A stretch of 64,000 nt of DNA from an uncultured Pelagibacteraceae bacterium (lineage in GTDB: Bacteria; Pseudomonadota; Alphaproteobacteria; Pelagibacterales; Pelagibacteraceae): the NCBI GenBank assembly GCA_902599995.1, contig CACKHN010000001.1:48503-112502 (forward strand). The letters run 5' to 3'. Positions within the stretch are counted from its first letter, which is position 1; each line of letters begins with the position of its first letter. The translations under genes and the position numbers were made by a program. Positions 9,191-19,322 of the stretch are shown piece by piece. The notes beneath the pieces are model-generated. The model worked only from the letters and a program-made list of their open reading frames with translations. It ran no database searches and was not told the DNA's origin.

Positions 9191-10869
9191 TAGATAAAAT
9201 TAAAATTTTACGGGGTAAATTTAAACAACATAACATAGATGGTTACGTTGTTCCAAAAAATGATGATTATTTTACTGAATATTCTAAAATTAACAGGCTA
9301 AAGTTAATATCAAATTTTAGTGGATCTGCTGGTCTTGCAATTATTTTAAAAAATGAAAATTATCTTTTTACAGATGGGCGCTACACAATTCAAAGTCAAA
9401 TTGAATCTGGTAAGAATTTTAAAATAATAGATACAGAAAAATTAATTAATTGTGAGTTATTTAAAAATCTTACTCTTGGTATTGATCCAAAGCTTTTTAC
9501 ATATAAACAAATAAAAAAATTTTTTTTAAAATATAGTAAAATAAAATTTATAAATACAAACCTAATAGATCAAATAAAGAAATTTAAAGTTAGAGATATA
9601 GGTTCTTTTTTCCATTTAGATAAAAATATTATTGGAGAAAGTCACAAATCTAAGTTAAATAAAATTTCAAAATATCTTAAGAAAAATAAGTCTGACTATT
9701 TATTTGTTAGTGCACCTGAAAATGTGGCTTGGATTTTAAATATAAGAGGCAAAGATGGTCCTAATACTCCAATGCCTAATTCAAGATTAATAATTAGTAA
9801 AACAAAAAGAATTTATTTAATAGCCAACAAAACAAAATGCAAAAAACTAATTAATAAAAAAATTATAAATTTAAATCAAATCATTGATATACAAGAAATC
9901 TTGAAATTGAAAGGTAACAGTTTTGTAATAGATGAAAGTACTTGTTCAATATATTTTGAAAATTTAATTAAATCAAAATTCAAAATTAAAAAAAAAGAAG
10001 ATCCGATTTATCATTTAAAATCAATTAAAAATAAGACCGAAATAAACCATATGATAAAGTCACATGTATCTGATGGTGCAGCGCTAACAAAATTTTTATA
10101 TTGGATAAAAAATACTAATAAAAAACCAATCACAGAACTCCAAGCACAAAACAAGTTAGAGAATTTTAGAAAACAAAACAAAAATTATTTATATCCTAGT
10201 TTTGATACGATTGCTGGAACAGGAAAAAATGGAGCAATAGTTCATTATCGAGCTAGACCAGAGAATTGCAGGATTATAAAAAAAAAAGATATATTTTTAT
10301 GTGACTCCGGTGGACAATATAAATATGGAACAACAGACGTTACCAGGACTATTTGCTTCTCTAAACAAAACCAAAATATAAAGAATATTTTTACCAAAGT
10401 TCTGAAGGGGCACATAGCAGTAGCAACAACCAATCTTATGAGAGACAATATTGGGAAAAAAATTGATAAGAGAGCTAGAAAATTCCTTAAAAAGAGTAAT
10501 TTAGATTATGCTCATGGAACTGGCCATGGTGTTGGTTTTTTTCTTAATGTTCATGAGGGGCCACAATCAATATCCAAGATAAATAAGGTGAAAATTAAAG
10601 AAGGCATGATTTTAAGTAATGAGCCTGGCTTTTACAAAAAAAATAAATTTGGAGTTCGTATTGAGAATTTGGTTTATGTTAAAATGCGAAACAAAAAATT
10701 ATTTTTTGAAAATTTGACAATGGCTCCAATTGAAAAAGATTTAATTAATTTCAATTTACTAACTAAATTTGAGAAAAATTATTTATTTAAATATCACTTA
10801 AATGTTTATGCTAAAATATCAAGATTTTTAAATTCAAATGAGAAAAAATGGCTAGCTAGTCTTATTTAA
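9187..10869 (+). CDS. Xaa-Pro aminopeptidase (M24B)
   Basis: DSGGQY..GTTDVTRT, HGTGHGVG, HEGP, SNEPG and GVRIEN motifs. Confidence 0.9.
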   Translation: MIDKIKILRGKFKQHNIDGYVVPKNDDYFTEYSKINRLKLISNFSGSAGLAIILKNENYLFTDGRYTIQSQIESGKNFKIIDTEKLINCELFKNLTLGIDPKLFTYKQIKKFFLKYSKIKFINTNLIDQIKKFKVRDIGSFFHLDKNIIGESHKSKLNKISKYLKKNKSDYLFVSAPENVAWILNIRGKDGPNTPMPNSRLIISKTKRIYLIANKTKCKKLINKKIINLNQIIDIQEILKLKGNSFVIDESTCSIYFENLIKSKFKIKKKEDPIYHLKSIKNKTEINHMIKSHVSDGAALTKFLYWIKNTNKKPITELQAQNKLENFRKQNKNYLYPSFDTIAGTGKNGAIVHYRARPENCRIIKKKDIFLCDSGGQYKYGTTDVTRTICFSKQNQNIKNIFTKVLKGHIAVATTNLMRDNIGKKIDKRARKFLKKSNLDYAHGTGHGVGFFLNVHEGPQSISKINKVKIKEGMILSNEPGFYKKNKFGVRIENLVYVKMRNKKLFFENLTMAPIEKDLINFNLLTKFEKNYLFKYHLNVYAKISRFLNSNEKKWLASLI

Positions 10870-12879
10870 CATTTTTAAAAATTCATCTTGGTTTATAATT
10901 TTAATTTTAAGTGCTCTAGCACTTTCAATCTTTCTTTTGGTCGGTTTTTCTCCAGTAATCAAATAATTTAACTTTTTAGATACACTACTCACCGTTGTAC
11001 CAGAATTTTCTTCAATTAAGGATTTTACTTCTGCTCTACTAATATTATTTAATTTACCTGTTACCAGAAAAGACTTATCTCTCAATAAACCATTTGTATT
11101 AAGAGCTTTAGCATTAACAATTTTAAGGAGCCTTTCTAATTCATTTAAGATTTTTAGATTAATATTTTTTGAAAAAAAATTTTTGATAGAAACTAATTGA
11201 GTTTCACCAATTCCATCAATATTTAATAATTCATCGCACTTGTTATTTTTTGATAAATTTTTAAATTTTTGGAAAGAACCTAAATATTTAGACAATAATT
11301 TTGCATTTTCTAATCCAATATGTCTAATACCCAATGAATAAATAAACCTTTCTAAAGATATTTGTTTTTTTTCATTGATGGAATATTTTAAATTGTCTGC
11401 CGACAGCTGTCCCCACCCATCTAATTTTTGAATTCTATCAAAATCTAATTTAAATATGTCTTGTGGAAGTTTTATTAATTTTAGTTCCCAGAATTTTTCT
11501 ACAATTTTTTTTCCAAACCCATCGATATTAAAAGCCTCTTTTGATACAAAATGTTTAATTTTTTCCTTTGCTATTCTGTTGCATTCAAAACCTCTGTCTG
11601 GACATCTTCTTACAGCATCAAACTTTTTAGTAACTTTATTAAATTCCTTAATTGCATCATATCCACATGGACATTTTTTTGGAAAAATAAATTTCTTTGA
11701 GGTGTTTTTTCTTTTTGATACATCGACTGAAATAACGTGAGGTATAACATCTCCAGCTCTTTCTACTTTTACAGTGTCACCGATTCTAATGTCCTTTCTT
11801 TCAATTTCATCTTCGTTGTGTAATGTTGCGTTAGATACAATTACTCCACCAATATTAATTGGTTTAATTTTCGCAACAGGTGTTAAAGCACCAGTTCTTC
11901 CAATTTGAATCTCAATGTCTTTTACTTGAGAAATAGCTTTATTTGACGAAAATTTATGTGCAATAGCCCATCTTGGAGCATTAGCAACATTTCCCAACCT
12001 TTTTTGAAGAGCAAAATCGTTAACTTTATATACAATTCCATCTATATCAAAATCCAAATCAGCTCTTTTTTTTTCAATCTCATTATAATTTTGTATTAAA
12101 TTTTCCAATCCACTGATCAATTTATTTAAAGGATTAATTTTAAAACCCCATTGATCCAATTTTTTTAGATAATCGGATTGATTTTCAGCTTTTAAACCAT
12201 TTTCAAAACCAAAAGTATAAGCAATAAATTTTAATGGTATCTTTTTGGTATCTCCCGAATTCTTTTGCCTTAATGAGCCAGAGGCAGCGTTTCTAGGATT
12301 TGCAAACTTATCTTTTAAATACTCAAAATCACTATTTTGAATAAAAACTTCTCCTCTTACATCTATTTCTTCTGGAAAATCCTTTGATAATATTTTTTTT
12401 GGAATATCTTTAATGGTAATTAAATTATCTGTTATATCTTCACCTTCTTTACCGTCTCCTCTTGACAGGCCTCTTATAAGATTACCGTTTTTATATGTTA
12501 ATGAAGCTGAAATACCATCAATTTTTGGCTCAGCACTATAAAAAATTTTAAAATCGTTTTTTTTCGAAAGAAAATTAGAAATTTTTTTTTCAAAATTTTT
12601 TAAATCTTCTTCTGTAAAAGCATTAGATAATGACAACATTGGAACCTTGTGTTGTACTTTTTTAAAGTTTTTAGATGGCTTATGACCTACAACTTGAGAT
12701 GGTGAATTTTTGGAATTTAAAAAAATGTATTTTCTTTCTAATAATAAAATTTCTTTTTTTAAATCATCATACACTCCATCCGATACTATAGGTTTATCTT
12801 TCTCAAAATAAAATTTATTAAATTTATTAATTAATTTTATTTTCTTTAAATATTTTTTTGTAATTTCACTTTTTTTCAT
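10852..12879 (-). CDS. ligA: NAD-dependent DNA ligase
   Basis: EPKIDG adenylation motif, NPRNAASGSLRQ, Zn finger, HhH repeats and C-terminal BRCT. ATG at 12879 lies just after the bamD stop. Confidence 0.95.
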   Translation of the reverse strand: MKKSEITKKYLKKIKLINKFNKFYFEKDKPIVSDGVYDDLKKEILLLERKYIFLNSKNSPSQVVGHKPSKNFKKVQHKVPMLSLSNAFTEEDLKNFEKKISNFLSKKNDFKIFYSAEPKIDGISASLTYKNGNLIRGLSRGDGKEGEDITDNLITIKDIPKKILSKDFPEEIDVRGEVFIQNSDFEYLKDKFANPRNAASGSLRQKNSGDTKKIPLKFIAYTFGFENGLKAENQSDYLKKLDQWGFKINPLNKLISGLENLIQNYNEIEKKRADLDFDIDGIVYKVNDFALQKRLGNVANAPRWAIAHKFSSNKAISQVKDIEIQIGRTGALTPVAKIKPINIGGVIVSNATLHNEDEIERKDIRIGDTVKVERAGDVIPHVISVDVSKRKNTSKKFIFPKKCPCGYDAIKEFNKVTKKFDAVRRCPDRGFECNRIAKEKIKHFVSKEAFNIDGFGKKIVEKFWELKLIKLPQDIFKLDFDRIQKLDGWGQLSADNLKYSINEKKQISLERFIYSLGIRHIGLENAKLLSKYLGSFQKFKNLSKNNKCDELLNIDGIGETQLVSIKNFFSKNINLKILNELERLLKIVNAKALNTNGLLRDKSFLVTGKLNNISRAEVKSLIEENSGTTVSSVSKKLNYLITGEKPTKRKIESARALKIKIINQDEFLKMLNKTS

Positions 12880-12880
12880 C

Positions 12881-13726
12881 TCAATCAAAAAGAGATTTGA
12901 ATTTTCTAATTAAAATATTACTCTTTTTATTTTTACTCGTTAGAATTCTTTTATTATTAGAGTATTTTTTATCAAACATAACATAAGATTTTTCATACCA
13001 CTCAGATGATTGATAATTATAACCTAAAAGTTTAGCATACTTTTTAGCTTCATCTGTTAATCCGATTAAATAGTAGATTTCTACTAATCTATATAAAGCT
13101 TCCTCTATATATATACTTTTATCGTAGTTATCTACAACAGATCTAAATCTATTAATCGCAGAAATCCATTTTTTTTTGTCTACGTAATATCTTCCAATAT
13201 ACATATCTTTTGAAGCCAGAATATCATTTATTAAATCCATTTTAAAATTTGCATCTATTGAATATTCTGATTTTGGATATTTCTTGATTAAAATTTCAAA
13301 AATTTCCTTAGAGTTTAAAATAGATTGTAAATCTTTTTTTTCATCAACAATTTGTTCATAATAACATATCGCCAGCAAGTAATAGGCATAATCTAAATCC
13401 TCATGATTTGAGTAAATTTTAATAAATCTTTCTAATTCTGCTATTGAATCGCCATAGTAATCTTGAATATAATATGAGTAAGCTGCCATAAGTGCAGATT
13501 TTGGAGCGTACTTAGATTGTGGAAAAAGAATTTCTGCTTCATTAAATTTTTTTGCTGCGAATAAAACATCTCCTTCTTCAAGTGCAATCTTGCCTTCTTT
13601 GTAAGCCTCAAGAACTTGAGCGTCTAAACTTTTTTCTTTAATAGTAGATTTTTTAATTGTTTCTTTAGAACAAGCTGAAAAAATAAAAATTAATAAAACT
13701 AATATAAAACGTCCAATAAAATTCAT
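12881..13726 (-). CDS. bamD: Outer membrane protein assembly lipoprotein BamD
   Basis: Lipobox FSAC, TPR-like repeats, EEALYRLVE and LGYNY..SEWY; downstream of lpxC as in Alphaproteobacteria. Confidence 0.88.
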   Translation of the reverse strand: MNFIGRFILVLLIFIFSACSKETIKKSTIKEKSLDAQVLEAYKEGKIALEEGDVLFAAKKFNEAEILFPQSKYAPKSALMAAYSYYIQDYYGDSIAELERFIKIYSNHEDLDYAYYLLAICYYEQIVDEKKDLQSILNSKEIFEILIKKYPKSEYSIDANFKMDLINDILASKDMYIGRYYVDKKKWISAINRFRSVVDNYDKSIYIEEALYRLVEIYYLIGLTDEAKKYAKLLGYNYQSSEWYEKSYVMFDKKYSNNKRILTSKNKKSNILIRKFKSLFD

Positions 13727-13773
13727 AATTACTTATATATTAATTTGAAGTCTAATTTAAAAGTTTTCTTAAC

Positions 13774-14694
13774 TTAAGCTATAGATCTTAACAAATTTTT
13801 ATTAATCAATGTATGTGGAAGATTTTTTTCTTTGATTTCTAATATAGAAAAATTCCCTTTATCTTTGAAAACTTCTCTGAGTAATTTATTTGTTAAATAA
13901 TGTCCACCTTGTGAACATCTAATACTTGCTACAATTCTATAGCCGGTAGTGTAAAGATCACCAATACAATCTAAAATTTTATGATTTACAAACTCTTTAT
14001 CATTTCTTAGTCCTTCTGAATTTAATATTTCTTCACCTTTTACAACTATAGCGTTTTCTAGGCTACCTCCTTTTGCCATTCCTTTTTTTTTGATCATTTC
14101 AATATCTTCAAATAGACAATAAGTTCTTGAATTAAAAATATCTCTTAGATCATCTTCATAAACTTTTACTTTATTTCTTTGATTTCCAATTATATTATTT
14201 TTGTATTTCAATTCAAAATCAATATCCAAACTCAAGGTCGAGGGTTTGATGGAAATAAATCTTTCTCCTTGAGAATATTTTATCTCTTTCTTAATTTTTA
14301 TAACTTTAATTGGAGAATTACTTAATTCGAAACCCGAGGAGATTATTTTATCTATAAATACTTTTGCTGAGCCATCTAAGATTGGTACTTCCTCATTATC
14401 AATTTCAATCAATGCATTATCAATTCCCAAACCAAATAATGCCCCCATTAAATGTTCTATGGTTGAAACTCTTACACCAAACTCATTTTCAACTGTTGTA
14501 TTTAAAGATGTGTTTGTTACGTTATTAAAGTTGGGATAAACTATATTATTTAAATTTAAATCAACCCTTTTAAATACTATTCCAAAATCAGGTTCAGCGG
14601 GCTTTATGCAAATATTCACATTAAATCCACTATGCAAAGCTATTCCACTAAAAGAAACTTTACTTTTTAATGTTTTTTGGGTTAGATAAGACAT
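13774..14694 (-). CDS. lpxC: UDP-3-O-acyl-GlcNAc deacetylase
   Basis: QKTL, STIEHLM, EVPILDGSA, HKILDCIGDL and GGH motifs. Confidence 0.95.
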   Translation of the reverse strand: MSYLTQKTLKSKVSFSGIALHSGFNVNICIKPAEPDFGIVFKRVDLNLNNIVYPNFNNVTNTSLNTTVENEFGVRVSTIEHLMGALFGLGIDNALIEIDNEEVPILDGSAKVFIDKIISSGFELSNSPIKVIKIKKEIKYSQGERFISIKPSTLSLDIDFELKYKNNIIGNQRNKVKVYEDDLRDIFNSRTYCLFEDIEMIKKKGMAKGGSLENAIVVKGEEILNSEGLRNDKEFVNHKILDCIGDLYTTGYRIVASIRCSQGGHYLTNKLLREVFKDKGNFSILEIKEKNLPHTLINKNLLRSIA

Positions 14695-14757
14695 TCAATG
14701 TTTTAATTTGAAACCTCTAAAGTTTAAAAACAACTATTGTTACCAGATAAGACGATA

Positions 14758-15462
14758 TTAACTAAATAATTGAAAAAATTTTTCAAAAAACCCCTTTTTT
14801 TTAACAGTTTTTGAAATAAAATGAACTTCATTCTGAATTTGACCACTTCGTAGCTTAAACGCACATACAGACAAATCTAAAGTTTTTTCTTGAAATAAAT
14901 TTTGAATATATTTTTTGTCAAAGAATCGATCTATTTTTATTTGATGTTTAGCTAATACAGCACTTATTTCTTTAATCAATAAGCCTGGAATTGAAATAAA
15001 ATTTGCTTCAACACATATATGATCACCATCAATCTCTTGATCAAATGATGAGTGATCAACCCCATCAATTAAGTATCTATTAACTGAAAAATGAAGAATT
15101 TTGTTTTTTTGATAGGTTTCTTTAAACAAATGCTTAAGTTCAGTCAGAGAACTTTCTAAATATTGTTTGTTAATTTTTTGACTATAGCTTTTTCTCTTTA
15201 TTCCAATAGAAAAATTTAAAATTTTATTATTTTCAATTATAAGGAAAATATTTTTTAAAAAATTTCTATTCAATTTTTCTATTTTAAAAATATGTTTATC
15301 AAGAAATTGACTTAACAAATTATAATCAATTTGATCTGTGTTATTTTCAAAGTACAATTCTTCCTTATAAATATTTTTTAAATTTATTTTATCTAATAAA
15401 TAAATCCCAAATTTTTGTTTAGAAATACTTAAATATGTTTCAAAAATTTCTTGGTCAATCAT
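14758..15462 (-). CDS. Hypothetical protein in the ftsA position; probable highly reduced FtsA-like protein
   Basis: Directly after ftsQ. The ILHFSVNRYLIDG segment resembles FtsA subdomain 1C, and the C-terminus KKKGFFEKFFQLFS is amphipathic. No ATPase motifs visible. Confidence 0.5.
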   Translation of the reverse strand: MIDQEIFETYLSISKQKFGIYLLDKINLKNIYKEELYFENNTDQIDYNLLSQFLDKHIFKIEKLNRNFLKNIFLIIENNKILNFSIGIKRKSYSQKINKQYLESSLTELKHLFKETYQKNKILHFSVNRYLIDGVDHSSFDQEIDGDHICVEANFISIPGLLIKEISAVLAKHQIKIDRFFDKKYIQNLFQEKTLDLSVCAFKLRSGQIQNEVHFISKTVKKKGFFEKFFQLFS

Positions 15463-16126
15463 TTATAATGATTTGATTTTTAATTCTCGCATCAATAATG
15501 TTTACATCATTGAAATTATTATCATTTAAAACTTCAAAAGCTTGGTCTAAAGAAAGTTTAGTATGATCCTTTGATAATTTTAAAATTATATTATTCTCAA
15601 GTTCTAAATCCCATCTTTTAGACGGAAAAAAATAAAAATTTTTAATCTCCTTAGAGGAAAACTTAGATTGCTCAATCAAATTAGTAAACTTAATAAATTC
15701 TTTAATCTCTGGCTTTCCAAAAATGAATGGTAACTCTTTTTCCAAATATTTGGTATTGGATAACTTACCATTTGAGCCGACAATTAAAATTTTTCCGTTA
15801 CGATTAATTTTTGCAAGAAAGTTTGTTTTTTCAATTTTAATATCAAGTGTGTTAGGATATTTTTTAAATATTTCAAAATTCTCGACCAGACTATTAGAAC
15901 TAATTATTTTTGAAATTTCATTTCCATTTAAGAAAAATAAGTTTTTTAAATTTAGACCTTGAATATTTTGTAAAAGATTTACATTTTCATCTACATTTAA
16001 TCCTGAAATTTTAATATCTTTAATTTTCTGAATTTGAATTTTAGTGAGTGAGGTATTGTTAATCGATCCAGCTATAAGAAGTATTAATATATAAAATAAA
16101 ATTTTTTTACCTTTTTGTTGAGGCAT
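15455..16126 (-). CDS. ftsQ: Cell division protein FtsQ
   Basis: TM plus POTRA (KKYPNTLDIKIE), RWDL and IDARI motifs; follows ddl. Confidence 0.8.
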   Translation of the reverse strand: MPQQKGKKILFYILILLIAGSINNTSLTKIQIQKIKDIKISGLNVDENVNLLQNIQGLNLKNLFFLNGNEISKIISSNSLVENFEIFKKYPNTLDIKIEKTNFLAKINRNGKILIVGSNGKLSNTKYLEKELPFIFGKPEIKEFIKFTNLIEQSKFSSKEIKNFYFFPSKRWDLELENNIILKLSKDHTKLSLDQAFEVLNDNNFNDVNIIDARIKNQIIIND

Positions 16127-17021
16127 CTTTTAATATCCACTCTATTAATTCTTTAAAACTCATTCCGTGATAAGCAGCTATTTCTGGAACTAAAGAAAGC
16201 TTTGTCATCCCAGGCTGGGTATTAATCTCAAGTAAATAAAATTTACCATTAAAATATTTAAAATCAGATCTGGTAACTCCTTTACAGCCGATTATTTTGT
16301 GTGCTTTAAATGCAGTATCTAATACTTCGTTTAATTTTTTTTTAGGTAAATCAATTTTAATAATATGCTGTGTTTTTGCGTTAGTATTATACTTGGCTTG
16401 GTAATCATAAAATTTTCTTTTCGGTCTTAGTTCAATCGCCCCTAGTTTTCTGTTTCCCAAAATCGCAACTTGTATTTCTCTGCCTCCAATAAATTCTTCA
16501 ATCATTACTTTTTTATAATTTTTTAGCGAATTTAAAATTTTAAATATATTTTTTTTATTGCAGATAAATACATTTACGCTTGATCCTTCATTTAATGGTT
16601 TGACTACAACCGGGAATTTTAATTTGCTATAGATTGCTTTTAGAAGTTGTGAATTTTTTATGTCGAATGAATGCGTTAAAAATTTTGGAGTATTTATTTT
16701 ATGTTTTATAAATAATTTTTTTGATATTTCTTTATCCATTGCTATTGCTGATGGAATTACACCTGAATGAGTATATGGTATTTTAAATCTTTCAAGTATG
16801 GTTTGAATATAACCGTCTTCTCCAAACTGTCCGTGTAAAGCATTAAAAATTACATCAGGTTTAAATTTTTTAATGGTATTTTCTAGATTATTATTTGGTT
16901 CAGAAATTTTTACATGATAAAAATTTTTTATTAATTCTTTTGATACTTGCAATCCAGTATCAAGACTAATTAATCTCTCTTTTGAAATACCACCTGATAC
17001 TATTAATATTTTATTTTTCAA
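16107..17021 (-). CDS. ddl: D-Ala-D-Ala ligase
   Basis: GGISKER, NALHGQFGEDG, VKPLNEGSS and LEINTQPGMT motifs. Confidence 0.95.
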   Translation of the reverse strand: MKNKILIVSGGISKERLISLDTGLQVSKELIKNFYHVKISEPNNNLENTIKKFKPDVIFNALHGQFGEDGYIQTILERFKIPYTHSGVIPSAIAMDKEISKKLFIKHKINTPKFLTHSFDIKNSQLLKAIYSKLKFPVVVKPLNEGSSVNVFICNKKNIFKILNSLKNYKKVMIEEFIGGREIQVAILGNRKLGAIELRPKRKFYDYQAKYNTNAKTQHIIKIDLPKKKLNEVLDTAFKAHKIIGCKGVTRSDFKYFNGKFYLLEINTQPGMTKLSLVPEIAAYHGMSFKELIEWILKDASTKR

Positions 17022-17022
17022 A

Positions 17023-17928
17023 CTATTCTACTATTTTGATTTCTGTCTCAAGCTTAATCCCAGTTTTTTTAAAAACACATTCAGTAACAAAATTAATCAA
17101 ATTCTTCATATCCTCAAATTTTGCATTACCTTTATTTACAAAAAAATTACAGTGCTTATCTGAAATTGATGCATCTCCAAATGATTTTTCGAGTGGTACT
17201 GATTCACTTATTAACTCCCATACCTTTTTATCTGTTTGATTAATAGGATTTTTAAATGTACTTCCGCTTGTTTTTATTCTTGTAGGTTGAGCTAATTCTT
17301 TTTTTTCTACTAGCCTTTGAACCTCGGTCTTTATTGCGGATTTATCTTTTTTATATCCTTTTAATGATGCACTTAAAAATATGAGTTCATCAGATAAACC
17401 ACTGTCTCTGTAATTAAAATTTATATCTTTGACTGATATGGTTAGCAATTTACCTGATTTATTTACTGCTTGAAGAGAAATCAGAATATCTTTAAATTCT
17501 CTTCCAAAACATCCTGCATTCATTTTAATACCACCTCCAACAGTACCTGGTATACAAGATAAAAATTCAAAGCCACCCAAACTATTATTAGTAGCAAATT
17601 CTGATAGAGATTTATCGCTAACTCCACTACCTGCAATAATAATATCATCAGATAGTAATGAAATATTATTAAAATTGTTTAATAATTTTATTACTACACC
17701 ATCATAATTATTGTCTGTGATTAACGTATTTGAACCGCCTCCTAAAATAAAGATTTTTTCTTGATTATTAATTTTTTTTAAAAATCTAATTAATTCTTTT
17801 AAATTTTTAGCTTTATAATAAATTTTTGCTTTTCCACCAATATTAAACCAATTTTTTTTCTTTAAATCATAGTTCAACTTTAAATTTTCATTAAATTCTG
17901 ACGACAATTCTTTCAAGTATTCACTCAT
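17023..17928 (-). CDS. murB: UDP-N-acetylenolpyruvylglucosamine reductase
   Basis: GGGSN, IPGTVGG..MNAG, GSTFKNP and HCNF motifs. ATG at 17928 overlaps the murC stop (ATGA). Confidence 0.93.
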   Translation of the reverse strand: MSEYLKELSSEFNENLKLNYDLKKKNWFNIGGKAKIYYKAKNLKELIRFLKKINNQEKIFILGGGSNTLITDNNYDGVVIKLLNNFNNISLLSDDIIIAGSGVSDKSLSEFATNNSLGGFEFLSCIPGTVGGGIKMNAGCFGREFKDILISLQAVNKSGKLLTISVKDINFNYRDSGLSDELIFLSASLKGYKKDKSAIKTEVQRLVEKKELAQPTRIKTSGSTFKNPINQTDKKVWELISESVPLEKSFGDASISDKHCNFFVNKGNAKFEDMKNLINFVTECVFKKTGIKLETEIKIVE

Positions 17929-19322
17929 TTTAAATATTTTGGTATCTCTCTCATCCATGATGAGATAGAGCCAGCTCCCATAGCTATAACAATTTTATCT
18001 CCATAAATGTTATGTTTTATGTATTTTACTAATTGAGTTTTATCATTTACCAAAAATAATTGAACTTTGGATTTTTTAATGATGTCTTTTGCAAAATCAT
18101 AATAACTAAAACCTAATTTAATTTTTTCTCCTGCAGTATATATTGGAAAAAGAATTACTTTATCTGCATTTAAAAATGCTGAAGCAAATTCTGACCTTAA
18201 ATCTTTTAATCTTGATATCCTGTGAGGTTGAAAAATACATATTTTTTCATAATTAGAGTAGACTTTTTTCACTCCATTAAGAACCTCTTTAATTTCGGTT
18301 GGATGGTGTGCATAATCATCAAAAAAATCAACATGATTAAAAGTAAAAATTTTATTAAATCTTCTTTGAACGCCTTTAAATTTTCTAAGTCCTTTTTTTA
18401 TATTTGAAATACTTAAACCAACAGAAAGTGCTAAGGCTGACGCAGCTGCTGAATTTTTGATATTATGTAAACCCAATAATGGAATTTTTATTTGTTTAAA
18501 TATTTTAATTTTCTTATTTGGTAATTTAATTTTTAAATCATATTTAGAGTATTCTCTAAATTGTTTTATATTTTTAATACAAAAATTAGATCTGTCATCT
18601 ATCCCATAAGTATAAAAATTTTTATTTTTTAATTTTTTTATTAGAACTTTGTTATTATTGTTATCCAGACATATAAATGATTTTCCAAATGATGGGACTT
18701 TTTCAACGAAATTTACAAAATACTTATTTAATTTATTCATAGAACCATAGTAGTCCATATGTTCTCTATCAATATTTGTTATGATTGCGTACGTTGGAGG
18801 AGTATGAACAAAACTACCATCTGATTCATCAGCTTCTAATATTGACCATTCACTTTTACCAAGTTTTGCAGAATTATTTATAGAGTTTATTACTCCTCCA
18901 TTAATAATAGTTGGATCTATTTTGGTTTCTTGAAAAATAGAGGTTATTAAAGATGTAGTAGTAGTTTTGCCATGAGAACCCACTACAACAATATTTTTTG
19001 TTAAAGATACAATGTTAGCTAACATCTCTCCTCTTTTATAAATAGGTAATTGCTTTTTTATCGCCTCTAACATTTCTGGATTATTTTTTTTTATGGCTGA
19101 AGATACAACTAGTATTGTTGCTTTATTTATATTTTGTTTTTTATGTCCAATTAAAACTTTTATTTTTTCTTTTTTAATTCGTTCTATATTTTTGTTAATA
19201 GAAATATCACTACCTTGAACTCTAAAACCTTTACCTTTCATTATTAAGGCCAGGCCACTCATACCAATGCCTCCAATACCAATAAAATGTATTAATTCTG
19301 TTTTTGCTAATTTAATTTTCAT
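17925..19322 (-). CDS. murC: UDP-MurNAc-L-alanine ligase
   Basis: IGIGGIGMSG, GSHGKTTTT, EADESD and DDYAHHPTE motifs. Confidence 0.96.
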   Translation of the reverse strand: MKIKLAKTELIHFIGIGGIGMSGLALIMKGKGFRVQGSDISINKNIERIKKEKIKVLIGHKKQNINKATILVVSSAIKKNNPEMLEAIKKQLPIYKRGEMLANIVSLTKNIVVVGSHGKTTTTSLITSIFQETKIDPTIINGGVINSINNSAKLGKSEWSILEADESDGSFVHTPPTYAIITNIDREHMDYYGSMNKLNKYFVNFVEKVPSFGKSFICLDNNNNKVLIKKLKNKNFYTYGIDDRSNFCIKNIKQFREYSKYDLKIKLPNKKIKIFKQIKIPLLGLHNIKNSAAASALALSVGLSISNIKKGLRKFKGVQRRFNKIFTFNHVDFFDDYAHHPTEIKEVLNGVKKVYSNYEKICIFQPHRISRLKDLRSEFASAFLNADKVILFPIYTAGEKIKLGFSYYDFAKDIIKKSKVQLFLVNDKTQLVKYIKHNIYGDKIVIAMGAGSISSWMREIPKYLK

